Source of the DNA: Anaerolineae bacterium
GTDB lineage: Bacteria; Chloroflexota; Anaerolineae; Aggregatilineales; Phototrophicaceae
Direction: 5' to 3'
Length of the DNA stretch: 56,595 nt
NCBI GenBank assembly: GCA_016788435.1
Contig: JAEURB010000422.1
Coordinates: forward strand, 1 to 56,595
Each line of letters starts with the position of its first letter. The stretch's first letter is position 1. Under the pieces are notes generated by a model. The model was not told the origin of the DNA. It saw only the letters and a list, made by a program, of their open reading frames with translations, and made no database searches. The position numbers and the translations under genes were made by a program. This document shows, piece by piece, positions 39,542 to 48,186 of the stretch.

Positions 39542-40492
39542 TCAGAGCGCGAACGCCTCCTCCAGTTCCTCACGCAGTGCAAGGTAGCTTTCGTGGCGCG
39601 ACGGCGCAATCAGGCCGCTTTTCACCGCCGCGCGAACGGCACAGCCTGGCTCGTCACGGTGCGCGCAGTCGGCCGCAAACTTGCAGCCGGGGGCCTGCGC
39701 CGCGATTTCCGGGAAGTAGGCGTCCAGCTCTTCCGGCTCGACATCCCAGATAGTCAGTGTACGCATCCCCGGCGTATCGGCCAGATAGCCGCCGAACGAC
39801 AGCCGCACCAATTCGCTGTCGCGCGTGGTGTGCTGCCCTTCCTGATGATAGCGGCTGACCCCCTTGACTGCACGCCCAAGGCCCGGCTCCAGTTGGTTGA
39901 GCAGGCTGGTTTTGCCCACGCCAGACGGGCCGGTAAAGACCGAAATCTGGCCCTGCAGCAGCTCGCGCAGCGCATCTATGCCCTCGCCGGTGGTAGCGCT
40001 GGTGGCGAAGACCGGGTAACCCAGGCGCTCGTAGAGGCCGAACAGCGCGCGCGACTCACCCGTCGTGTCGAGGTCAATCTTGTTGAGCACCAGCACGAGG
40101 CGGTCGAGGCCGGCTTTCTCACCCATGACGAGGAAGCGGTCAATCATGCGCGGGGCCGGGGCAGGCTGGGCCGCCGCGAAGACGAACAGCGCCTGATCGG
40201 CGTTGGCGATCAGCACCTGCTCGCGCTCGGGCGAGCCTGCGCCGCGCGCGCCGATGGTACGCATGGCCCGCGATACGGCGCTGCGGCGGGGTTCGATGGC
40301 CTCAATCGCACCAGTGCCATCCTCGTTCATCGTGAACTGCACCTGGTCGCCGATGGCCGCCAACGCGCTGGCTTGCGCCTCTTCCTTAAGACGCCCGCGC
40401 AGCCGGCAGAGGACGATCTGGCCGTCGTCAGCGGCTTCCACCTGAAAGAAGCCGCTCTGCGCTTTCACAATCAGGCCGCGCCGTGCATCCAA
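39542..40492 (-). CDS. rsgA: Ribosome small subunit-dependent GTPase A
   Basis: Circularly permuted GTPase: NKID, GPSGVGKTS, GQHTT, DTPG and C-terminal CKF..C.H..EPGC Zn site. Start is approximate (TTG 40492). Confidence 0.93.
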   Translation of the reverse strand: MDARRGLIVKAQSGFFQVEAADDGQIVLCRLRGRLKEEAQASALAAIGDQVQFTMNEDGTGAIEAIEPRRSAVSRAMRTIGARGAGSPEREQVLIANADQALFVFAAAQPAPAPRMIDRFLVMGEKAGLDRLVLVLNKIDLDTTGESRALFGLYERLGYPVFATSATTGEGIDALRELLQGQISVFTGPSGVGKTSLLNQLEPGLGRAVKGVSRYHQEGQHTTRDSELVRLSFGGYLADTPGMRTLTIWDVEPEELDAYFPEIAAQAPGCKFAADCAHRDEPGCAVRAAVKSGLIAPSRHESYLALREELEEAFAL

Positions 40493-40723
40493 TCGCCCCG
40501 TACCCCCGCCTGCTGTGCCGAAGAATGCGCGTTCGTAACGCGCCTGTGCTGTCATTCTACACAACTTTTGTGGAAGCCAACGCGAAGCGAAAGCACAACT
40601 GTTGCGGCGCACAGGGGACGGGCGAATGACGTTTGGGGTGAGGGGCGGGAGCTGTTCCGCAATGCGCACGCCCGGTATTCCACTTTGTCTTCCATTTATT
40701 CGTCCTTCCGTTCACCTTGGCCA

Positions 40724-40743
40724 TAGAACATACGTGCTAATAT
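40724..40743 (+). promoter_or_regulatory. LexA/SOS-box-like palindrome overlapping an extended -10 upstream of the capsid gene
   Basis: TAGAAC-ATAC-GTGCTA (one mismatch from a perfect TAGAAC-N4-GTTCTA palindrome) overlapping TGcTAATAT at 40735-40743. Confidence 0.6.
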
Positions 40744-40849
40744 TGAAGCCAGCGAACGATTAGGTTCGCTGGCAGCTTCACAACCCCATGACCGCCCCGC
40801 TCTGCACCATGACGCCCATCGCGTGTGGAGGACGGGAGGCGGAAAAGCA

Positions 40850-40950
40850 GTTGAAAGTTGAAGGTTGAAGGTTGAAAGTGCGCGCCTGACCAGACGGGCC
40901 GCTACCACTTCTCCTTCATCGTTTGGCTGTCAACTTTGAACTTTTAACTT
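40850..40950. repeat. Heptamer repeat (GTTGAAR)x4 with a degenerate inverted copy
   Basis: Four units at 40850-40877; tcaactttgaacttttaactt at ~40930-40950, just before the capsid RBS. Confidence 0.8.
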
Positions 40951-40972
40951 CTCTTCTCAGGAGGACACCGCA

Positions 40973-42763
40973 ATGACAGGTTCTCCGCAGGCCGTCAAAG
41001 CGCTGGACGGAAGCAGCGGACGGGTGGGCGGCTACCTCGTGGTGTGGGGCAGCCCGGCCAGCCGTGACTTGCAGGATGAGTATTTCACCCCGGCCACCGA
41101 TCTCGGCCTGGACTGGTTCGAACGGCGGCCGGTGCTGTATCACCACGGGCTGGATGGCGCGGTCAAGACGGCCGTCATCGGCGCGGTCGAGCAATTGACG
41201 CCCGACGCGATTGGCGTGTGGGCCGAAGCGCAGCTCGACATGCGCCAGAAGTACGCCCGCGCCGTCTACCGCCTGATCGAGCGCGGCGTGCTGAGCTGGT
41301 CGAGCGGCAGCCTGCCCCATCTGGTCGAGGTCGAGCCGGATGGCCGTATCGCCCGCTGGCCGCTGGTGGAGGGCAGCCTGACGCCTTCGCCCGCCGAACC
41401 GCGCCATACCGATGTGCGCACCATCAAAACCGCGTTCGCGCTGCTGGGCCTCGATCCGGCCCGGCTTGATCAACCACCGGTTTCCCCGGCAGACAAGGAG
41501 CATTCCCCGATGACCGAAATGATCCCGTTTACGCCGCCCAGCGAGGCGGCCCCGCTCAAGCGCCTGCCCGTCGCCAGCCCCGCCGACGCGGTGAAAGCGG
41601 GCGCTATCAGCGTCGGCAGCCCGTATGACGGCCTCGACGCGCTCGACCTGCTGCACGGCTACGTGATGCTGCGCGCGGTGAAGGGCTTCCAGGGCGTGAG
41701 CGAACGCTTTGCCGGCGCTTTGGCCCACAAGGTACGCGGCGCAGGAATGAGCGCGCTGAAGGCCGACGAACTGAACCGCAGCACGCTGACCGGCTTCGGT
41801 GACGAGTGGGTTCCCGACCTGTGGAGCGCGCAGATCTGGCGCAAGGCGCGCACCGAAAACGTGGTGCTGCCGCTCTTCCCGCAGATCGAGATGCCGAGCA
41901 ATCCGTTCGAGGTACCGACCGAAGGGGCCGATCCGTCGGTCTTCTTCGTGCCGGAAACGGCCGACGAGGCGCAGTTGGGGCTGGGCAGCGGCAACCCGAT
42001 CCCGGACAGCAAGATCGGCAGCGGCAAGGTGCAGTTGACGGCGAAGAAGCTGGCCCTGCGCGTGGGTTTCAGCGCCGAACTGGTCGAGGATGCCATCGTG
42101 CCGGTGCTGTCCCTCTACCGCGAACAGGCCGTGCGCGCCATCGCCGACAGCATGGATTACCTGCTGCTGAACGGTGACACGACAACCGCCGCGACCGGCA
42201 ACATCAACAAGGATAACGCCGCGCCGGCCGCCACCGACCGCTATCTGGCCTTCGACGGCCTGCGCAAGCTGGGGCTGGTGACCAACACCGCCAACCGCGT
42301 GGACGCCGCCAATGCCGCGCCGGCGCTGGCGCTGCTGCGCTCGGCCCGCTTCAAGCTGGACCCGCGCGCTTCGGTGCGCCCGGCCGACCTGGCCTGGATT
42401 GTGGACGCCGGGACGTACGCCAAGCTGCTGGCGATGAGCGAGTTCCTGACGATGGACAAGGCGGGTCCGCACGCGACGGCGCTGACCGGGCAGATCGGGC
42501 TGATGGACGGCTCGCCGGTGCTGGTGAGCGCCGAAATGCCGCTGACGGAAGCGGATGGCAAGGTAGGCGCAGGCCCGAATGACCGGGGCACGGCGCTGGT
42601 GGTGTATCGCCCGGGCTGGTACGTGGGCTACCGCCGCCGCATCGCCGTGAATGTGGACTACCTGCCCTACTACGACAGCTACCAGTTGACGGCGACGGTG
42701 CGGCTGGCGCTGGCCCCGTTCGATACGGACGCGGCCGCCGTGCTGTTCAATCTGGCGGTGTAG
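40973..42763 (+). CDS. Prohead protease / HK97-fold major capsid protein fusion
   Basis: N-terminal protease motifs VLYHHG, WSSGS and EGSLTPSPAEP. Capsid motifs GDEWVP, V.LTAKKL...FSAELVED and D.LLLNGD. AGGAGG RBS. Confidence 0.85.
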   Translation: MTGSPQAVKALDGSSGRVGGYLVVWGSPASRDLQDEYFTPATDLGLDWFERRPVLYHHGLDGAVKTAVIGAVEQLTPDAIGVWAEAQLDMRQKYARAVYRLIERGVLSWSSGSLPHLVEVEPDGRIARWPLVEGSLTPSPAEPRHTDVRTIKTAFALLGLDPARLDQPPVSPADKEHSPMTEMIPFTPPSEAAPLKRLPVASPADAVKAGAISVGSPYDGLDALDLLHGYVMLRAVKGFQGVSERFAGALAHKVRGAGMSALKADELNRSTLTGFGDEWVPDLWSAQIWRKARTENVVLPLFPQIEMPSNPFEVPTEGADPSVFFVPETADEAQLGLGSGNPIPDSKIGSGKVQLTAKKLALRVGFSAELVEDAIVPVLSLYREQAVRAIADSMDYLLLNGDTTTAATGNINKDNAAPAATDRYLAFDGLRKLGLVTNTANRVDAANAAPALALLRSARFKLDPRASVRPADLAWIVDAGTYAKLLAMSEFLTMDKAGPHATALTGQIGLMDGSPVLVSAEMPLTEADGKVGAGPNDRGTALVVYRPGWYVGYRRRIAVNVDYLPYYDSYQLTATVRLALAPFDTDAAAVLFNLAV

Positions 42764-42909
42764 ACGGGCAAATCTGAACCACAGAGGCACAGAGGACACG
42801 GGGGGCCGGGTTGTCGCCGTCCCCTCTGTGTAGCAGCGGTAGCTCACCGGAAGTCACGCCGGGCTGTAACGGATAGCCGCCTTCGCCCAGCGAGCGAAAG
42901 CTCCTTGTG

Positions 42910-43134
42910 CTAGGAGCCTTGCTCCCACAAAGCAATTCCCGCGCTGGTAATGTGGACTTGATTTTGGGACGGTTTTCCCACCCATTCCACCAGCGGCGGA
43001 TGGCGGTTGATCAGACGCTTAATCGTCGTATCCAAGCCAACATATTGTACCGGACTTGACTTGCGTTCCCGGTTTCTATACAGAATGACCAGCGCCTGCC
43101 ACTCCAGATAACTGATATCCGCATTTTCAGACAC
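42910..43134 (-). CDS. Small hypothetical protein, possibly winged-helix-like
   Basis: AAAGGAG RBS and GTG start; ends in ..VHITSAGIALW, resembling the wing and final helix of wHTH proteins; AT-richer than its flanks. Confidence 0.5.
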   Translation of the reverse strand: MSENADISYLEWQALVILYRNRERKSSPVQYVGLDTTIKRLINRHPPLVEWVGKPSQNQVHITSAGIALWEQGS

Positions 43135-43282
43135 GTCAATAACTCCTTTCAAGCATCAAAGGCGTGGTCACAGCCCGATTCGACTTTACCGCCACGGCCT
43201 CTGCGCGTTTGGGGAACGGGGCAGCAAGCGACCATGCCCGTTCATCCCAATTCTGAAAGGCCGCAAGTCGTTCGAGCCTGAC

Positions 43283-43477
43283 CTAATAACTCGCGTATTC
43301 CGAATTTGTGGCGTCAAACCGGGCGCGCCGGGCCTGCCCCAGTTCATCTTCGAAATCATGGAGCGCTTTGGCAAAAGGCTCGTTATGCAAACCCGCCTTG
43401 CGCAGAACATGCATGAGTTCCAGCGCCAACTGTTCGAGGTCGTTGATATGTTTGGAGGAGACTGTCTCAAGCTGCAT
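43283..43477 (-). CDS. Small helical hypothetical protein (64 aa)
   Basis: GAGGTG RBS before ATG 43477; amphipathic helical pattern. Confidence 0.55.
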   Translation of the reverse strand: MQLETVSSKHINDLEQLALELMHVLRKAGLHNEPFAKALHDFEDELGQARRARFDATNSEYASY

Positions 43478-43549
43478 CTGGCACCTCATTCTTGAACACG
43501 ACAGGACACTTCTCTGGATAACGGCCGGTTGGGCCGGCGCGGCGAGACT

Positions 43550-43662
43550 GGAAAAAGAAAGAACCCCGACAGGATCGCGGGGTTCCAGAATGCGATTTTA
43601 GGCGGGAGTTGACCGGAGGCTATCCCTGAGATCGAGTTCCGGCCATCTATCAAACCGCCTTA
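43550..43662 (-). ncRNA. Candidate structured sRNA or leader with an intrinsic terminator
   Basis: Minus-strand TGgTACACT -10, AGGCGG..CCGCCU outer stem, UGGCCGGA/UCCGGUCA inner stem, then a GAACCCCG..CGGGGUUC hairpin followed by UUUCUUUUU. Confidence 0.45.
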
Positions 43663-43823
43663 AGTGTACCACAGTTCCTGAGCGCCCTTCCAAATCGCCC
43701 GGCTGGCGCTGGCCCCGTTCGACACCGGCGTGACGGCATTGCTGTTCAATCTGGCGGTGTTAGGGCGAAGTAATAAACAAACGCCAAGAACGCCAAGGGG
43801 GGCCGGGGAAAGGGAACGGCCCC

Positions 43824-45266
43824 TCATTCCCCCAACGCGTACACACGCAGCAGGGGGCGGTCCGGCGCACCTTCGATCTCCGCGATCAGCCGGCCGGGGG
43901 ACGAGACGGGCGCATAGGGGATGTCCTCCAGCACCGCAACCATGCCGGGCTGATGGCCGGCTTCAAGCAGCGAGTCGAGCGCCGGAATGTCCTCACCGTT
44001 CGGGTTCAGGCGTGGACAATCGACCGGCAAATCGCCCGCCAGATAGCGCAGGCTGAGGCAGTTGGCGAGGATACCAATCACCCGTTCAGCCCTTTCGCCG
44101 CGCAGAACGTCCAGCGTTTCGTTCAGCCCGAAGCCGCCGCTCTCGGCCGTGATGTATTCGCTCCGATCACTGGCGGTCAGCGGCACGGCCAATGGGTTGG
44201 TCATGAGCGCTGTGGCGAAAGGCAGCCAGACCAGCGCCGCCCACACGAGGATGATCGTCAGCGCCAGGCGGCGAACAATAGGCGCATAGCGCTTGCTGAG
44301 GTACTCGACCGCGACTGCGCCGCACAGCAAGACGATATTCAGCGGCGCGATGATATGGCGGGAGTCCTGCCGCCCGCTCAGCGACAACACCAGCAGCGGC
44401 GCGACAAGGAGCAGCGGCAGGTAGAACTTCCGTCGCAGCAGCAGAACGACAATGCCTGCCAGCAGCAACAGGCTCATCAACAGTCCCGCGTATCCGATCA
44501 AGGTGTCGGGAACGAGCAGAAGCTTGTCGAGGTATGCACCCCGGGCGACGCTGGAGGGGCTTTGCAGGTAGAAAAATGGGTTGACGCCGCGCAGCAGCAG
44601 CACGCCGAGAAACGTCGCGCTCAGGCCGATACTCACAGCGAGCGCAACCATTGCCCAACGCGCATTCTCGCGCCAGGGGCGGCCAGGCGGTTTGAGGGTG
44701 AGCGCAGCCGCCAGCGGCACGCCAAGATAGGGCAGCGCTGATACCTTCGCGCCGACTGCCACGAAGAGGGCCAGCCCGCACAGCGCCGCATCGAGCCAGT
44801 GGGCGCGAACACGCAGGCGCGCCCCGAAGTACACTCCCACCAGGACGGCCGACGCCGAAACCGGGTCGGCCAGTGCCAGCCGGTCAAAGAACAGATGAAA
44901 GGCACTGAAGGTAAAAAGCAGCGCGGCCAACACGCCGCTCCATCCACCGCCCAGCAACTGCCCGGCGGCCATCGCGGCTGCAACACCCGGAACGACGGCC
45001 AGAATGGTCGCCATCCGCGCGACAAAAACGGGCATCCCGCCGGTTTGCGCCTGCGCCGCCACATACAACCAGACCGTGAACTGCCGTCCTTCTTCAGCGC
45101 GGGCGAGCAATCCCTGCTCGCGCACCAAATTCCCGAAGTTGATGTGAAAGGCCTCGTCCACGAACGGAGGGAACGATTCCAGGGCCCAAACACGGGTCAG
45201 CCAGAAGAACAGGATCAACACTGTTCCGAGCAGAAGCCAGTGGGAAAAACGCGCAGATTTTTGCAT
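43824..45266 (-). CDS. GT-C (ArnT/PMT-like) membrane glycosyltransferase
   Basis: PPFVDEAFH motif after TM1, FDRLALAD and many TM helices. Confidence 0.75.
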   Translation of the reverse strand: MQKSARFSHWLLLGTVLILFFWLTRVWALESFPPFVDEAFHINFGNLVREQGLLARAEEGRQFTVWLYVAAQAQTGGMPVFVARMATILAVVPGVAAAMAAGQLLGGGWSGVLAALLFTFSAFHLFFDRLALADPVSASAVLVGVYFGARLRVRAHWLDAALCGLALFVAVGAKVSALPYLGVPLAAALTLKPPGRPWRENARWAMVALAVSIGLSATFLGVLLLRGVNPFFYLQSPSSVARGAYLDKLLLVPDTLIGYAGLLMSLLLLAGIVVLLLRRKFYLPLLLVAPLLVLSLSGRQDSRHIIAPLNIVLLCGAVAVEYLSKRYAPIVRRLALTIILVWAALVWLPFATALMTNPLAVPLTASDRSEYITAESGGFGLNETLDVLRGERAERVIGILANCLSLRYLAGDLPVDCPRLNPNGEDIPALDSLLEAGHQPGMVAVLEDIPYAPVSSPGRLIAEIEGAPDRPLLRVYALGE

Positions 45267-45365
45267 GCAGGAGAAAGTAGCGCGGTTCGATGGAGAATCA
45301 CACCGTCCCCGTTCCCTGAACCTCGGACGGGGGCGGCATGTTCACGGATAAAGGTGGTGGTGCGC

Positions 45366-46856
45366 CTAACCGACCTTGATAAACACCAGCGTATAGTTCA
45401 CGAGCGCCGGGCCGCTGCCATCGGGCAGCGTGACGTTGAGGAAGCGCTGATTGCTCTCGTTGTTCAGGGTCAGCGTCAGGCTTTGCCCGCAGGCGAGGTT
45501 CTGCGCCTGGTTCTCGCCCCAGCGCACATACTCAGTACCCGTTCCTGTGCAGGCCAGCGTGACCGCGAACTGCGCGAACGAGTTGGCGCTGTCGAAATTG
45601 CTCACGCTCACGCTGATGCGGTCGCTGCGATCACCGGCGGGGTACGAAATCTGCTGGCTGAACGAGCCGCCGTTGTTGCGGTCAAGCTCCACCTGATAGT
45701 CGTTGTCGGGCGGGGCGACCGGCGGTGGTGTGGGCGTAATGGCCTGCGTCGGCGGTTCGCTATCAGGCAGCGGCGTGACGGTGACGAGGCCGATGGCCGT
45801 TGCGCTGGCGAATGGCGTCGCGGTCGCCTGGCCCGGCGCGGCCGTGGGTGGCGCGGCTGGTGGCTGAATGGTGGACAGATTGCCGCACGGTCCGTTCAGG
45901 GTCACGACCGTCGCTGAGGACCAGGCCTGCGCGCCGTTCGTGTTCACCGCATACCAGCCGCGATCCGGGCTGATGCCCTGCACGGGGAGGAACATGCCGG
46001 GGTTGAGCGATCCCACGATACCGTAATTGGTGCCGGGGCCGCTCCGCAGATTTACCGTGCCGCCGCTGCTCGCCGTGCAGACGTTGGCGGGAGCAACCGC
46101 CGCAGCGCCGGGTTCCTGGGTGGCAGCGGGCGCAGTCACGTTATCCGGCAGTGCGCCGCCGGTCGAAATCTGAACCATTCCGGTGGAGTCCAGGCTCGCG
46201 GGCTGCAGGGCAATGACGGCTGCGCCGGCGGCGGCAGGCAGGTTGACGCTGGCCTGCGGCACGCCGTCCAACAATGCGATCAACGAGCCGTCCGGGCCGT
46301 AGAGCTGCGCGCTGAACGCGAAGGTGGCCGGACTTGCCGCAAGGGTGAGCGTGCCCGGCGCCGATGGATCCACCGGGATGGCGATGAACTGGGGAAGCGG
46401 GCTGGCTGTAAAGTCGGCAACCGCAGCCGAACCGGGCGGAAGGGCCGGGGGTTCACCGGCCTGCAGCCCGTTTAGCTTGATCAGAAAGTCTCCTATCGTG
46501 CCGTTGGCGCCGCCCACGAGCAAGGCGTAAGTTCCGTTGGTGTTCAGCCGCCTCGCGATGCGTGCGTCCACAGCGCCCGGGGTCAACGAGTTGCTATCGC
46601 TGGCGGCGATAGGCTCTTGCGAAGGGCTGAGCAAGCTCACGCTGGGGTCGAAGCCGGGCGTCAGCGCAATCACGTCCACTGCGATCAGATCGCCCGCGCT
46701 GGCCGGAAACGAATAAATCACCAGCGGCGAGGCGGTCGAAATCGTGCCGACCTGCGCGCTGCCATAAGCGAGGCTCCCGCCAGTCTGGGCGGACACCCCG
46801 GCCGCGAGAAGCGCAACGAGAAAAGCTGGAACAAGGACGCGAAATATGCGGCGCAT
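45366..46856 (-). CDS. Secreted protein with PPC-like and bacterial SH3 domains
   Basis: Signal peptide; YSFPASAGD..DP.VSLL..GTY PPC-like repeat; VNLRSGPGTNY..WY.V SH3b; Pro/Thr linkers. Confidence 0.8.
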   Translation of the reverse strand: MRRIFRVLVPAFLVALLAAGVSAQTGGSLAYGSAQVGTISTASPLVIYSFPASAGDLIAVDVIALTPGFDPSVSLLSPSQEPIAASDSNSLTPGAVDARIARRLNTNGTYALLVGGANGTIGDFLIKLNGLQAGEPPALPPGSAAVADFTASPLPQFIAIPVDPSAPGTLTLAASPATFAFSAQLYGPDGSLIALLDGVPQASVNLPAAAGAAVIALQPASLDSTGMVQISTGGALPDNVTAPAATQEPGAAAVAPANVCTASSGGTVNLRSGPGTNYGIVGSLNPGMFLPVQGISPDRGWYAVNTNGAQAWSSATVVTLNGPCGNLSTIQPPAAPPTAAPGQATATPFASATAIGLVTVTPLPDSEPPTQAITPTPPPVAPPDNDYQVELDRNNGGSFSQQISYPAGDRSDRISVSVSNFDSANSFAQFAVTLACTGTGTEYVRWGENQAQNLACGQSLTLTLNNESNQRFLNVTLPDGSGPALVNYTLVFIKVG

Positions 46857-46948
46857 CGGTCATCCACCCCCACTACGTATCCGAACGAAATGGCTCCTTT
46901 TCCGGTTCAGTGTGGGGCAATTCCCGATCTGGGGCAAATGCAAGTGAT

Positions 46949-48049
46949 TTACAGCGACGGCAGGCCGAGCCAGTCTTCCCACGCCCGCAGCAGGACGAAA
47001 GCTTGCGCGGCCTGCCCGGCGCTGGCCAGTTGAGCGGCGCTGTCGCTGGCAACCTGCGCCCGGTACGAGTCGGTAGTGGCCGTCATGTGAGCCAGCGCCA
47101 GCCGCTGCACCTCGCTCACGCAGCCCGGCGCTTCAAGTGCCGTAACCTGCTCGCTGAGGGTATTCATCCGGCCAATCGCCAGATTCAGGTTGAGGGCGGT
47201 CGCGGTGCGCGCACCAGCCGCTTCAGCCGTGAAATCGGCCCACAGTGGCACGAGCGCGGCATGCCATTCTTCGGGCGCGCAGTCACCGCCGCTGCCGCGC
47301 GCGATGGCGCGGGTGGTCGGTGCGTCGGGCGCGGTGAAGACGCCCATATCCCACAGTGATGTGAGCGTGCGAGCCAACGCCAGCGTAACGGCGGCGGAAT
47401 GTGCATCGAAAGCGGCGCTGTCCCCGGCTTGCGCGGCGTCGAGGCCGGCCAGCGTTTCATCCATCGCACCCAGCAGGGCAGCATAGGGCGTTTCCAGGCA
47501 GGCTGGTGCGCCGCCGCTGACCAACGTATCTCGGCGCGGCGCGATGCGCAGGCGCAAAGCTCCCGCGTTTTCGGCCCCGCTAGCGAGCGCGGGCAGCGCG
47601 GCCGCCACGCTGTTGAAGGTGTCCTGCTGGCCGAACCACCAGGCCGCGCCATCGGCGCAGACGACACCGGCCGGCAGCGGCGTTCCGGCGGCAGCGACAT
47701 CAAGCGTGCGCTCGGCGGCCGGTTCAGCCGCCAGCGTCGGCACGTTCAGGACGGCTACGGTTGGCACGCGGTCGAGAAAAGCGGGTACAGCGGTCGGTGG
47801 TGTTTCGGGCAACACGCCGCGATCTTCCGCCAGCCAAACGGCGGCCCCGCTGATCAGGCCGCAGATTAACACCGCGATCAGCGCGATGAGGAGGATTTCC
47901 AGAATCCCGCCGAGAAACTGGCCGCAGGTTGGCCCGGTACGAAGCGGCGGGGGAGGAGTAAGTGGCTCGTCGGGCAGCGAACCGCCGTCGAAGGGGTCAC
48001 CCAACATGGTGAGTTCATCGTCCTGCATGGGCGACGATTTCCTGGCCAT
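46949..48049 (-). CDS. Membrane-anchored hypothetical protein with two Cys-containing helical repeats
   Basis: One TM helix; repeated C...W...aP.C pattern; GGGGAG RBS. Confidence 0.65.
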   Translation of the reverse strand: MARKSSPMQDDELTMLGDPFDGGSLPDEPLTPPPPLRTGPTCGQFLGGILEILLIALIAVLICGLISGAAVWLAEDRGVLPETPPTAVPAFLDRVPTVAVLNVPTLAAEPAAERTLDVAAAGTPLPAGVVCADGAAWWFGQQDTFNSVAAALPALASGAENAGALRLRIAPRRDTLVSGGAPACLETPYAALLGAMDETLAGLDAAQAGDSAAFDAHSAAVTLALARTLTSLWDMGVFTAPDAPTTRAIARGSGGDCAPEEWHAALVPLWADFTAEAAGARTATALNLNLAIGRMNTLSEQVTALEAPGCVSEVQRLALAHMTATTDSYRAQVASDSAAQLASAGQAAQAFVLLRAWEDWLGLPSL

Positions 48050-48186
48050 CGGCGGTGTTCTCCCCGCAGGGCGCGTTCAACGCGGCGAATACTGCCGCCA
48101 TTATAACGTGGGCTGGCCGTTCCGAATCATGAGGCGAGGCGGCTTCGACTGGAAGCCGCCTCGCTCCTGCTAAGCGTACGGGCTGG

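Larger units (their letters stand above)
42701..43760 (+). repeat. Direct repeat of the capsid 3' end (42701-42761 and 43700-43760) bounding a ~1 kb islet
   Basis: 52 of 60 nt identical by manual alignment; encodes RLALAPFDTDAAAVLFNLAV versus RLALAPFDTGVTALLFNLAV. Confidence 0.9.

Noticed and set aside
40973-42763. Encapsulin nanocompartment
   Set aside because: The fused prohead protease and nearby connector and tail-like genes fit a virion-type capsid, and no typical cargo enzyme is adjacent. Not fully excluded without a structural phylogeny.
40916-42847. Long antisense ORFs (643 aa here; also 18013-20160, 9816-11501, 48622-50034, 31738-32895 and others)
   Set aside because: These are shadows of real genes on the opposite strand, expected in high-GC DNA, with no recognisable motifs.
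42833-42890. tRNA-like string GCGGTAGCTCA..GG..CTGTAAC
   Set aside because: D and anticodon stems do not pair, and there is no TTCGA T-loop or acceptor stem.
42701-43760. Diversity-generating retroelement VR/TR pair
   Set aside because: The 8 mismatches are not adenine-specific in either copy or strand, the repeat is only ~60 bp, and no reverse transcriptase is present.
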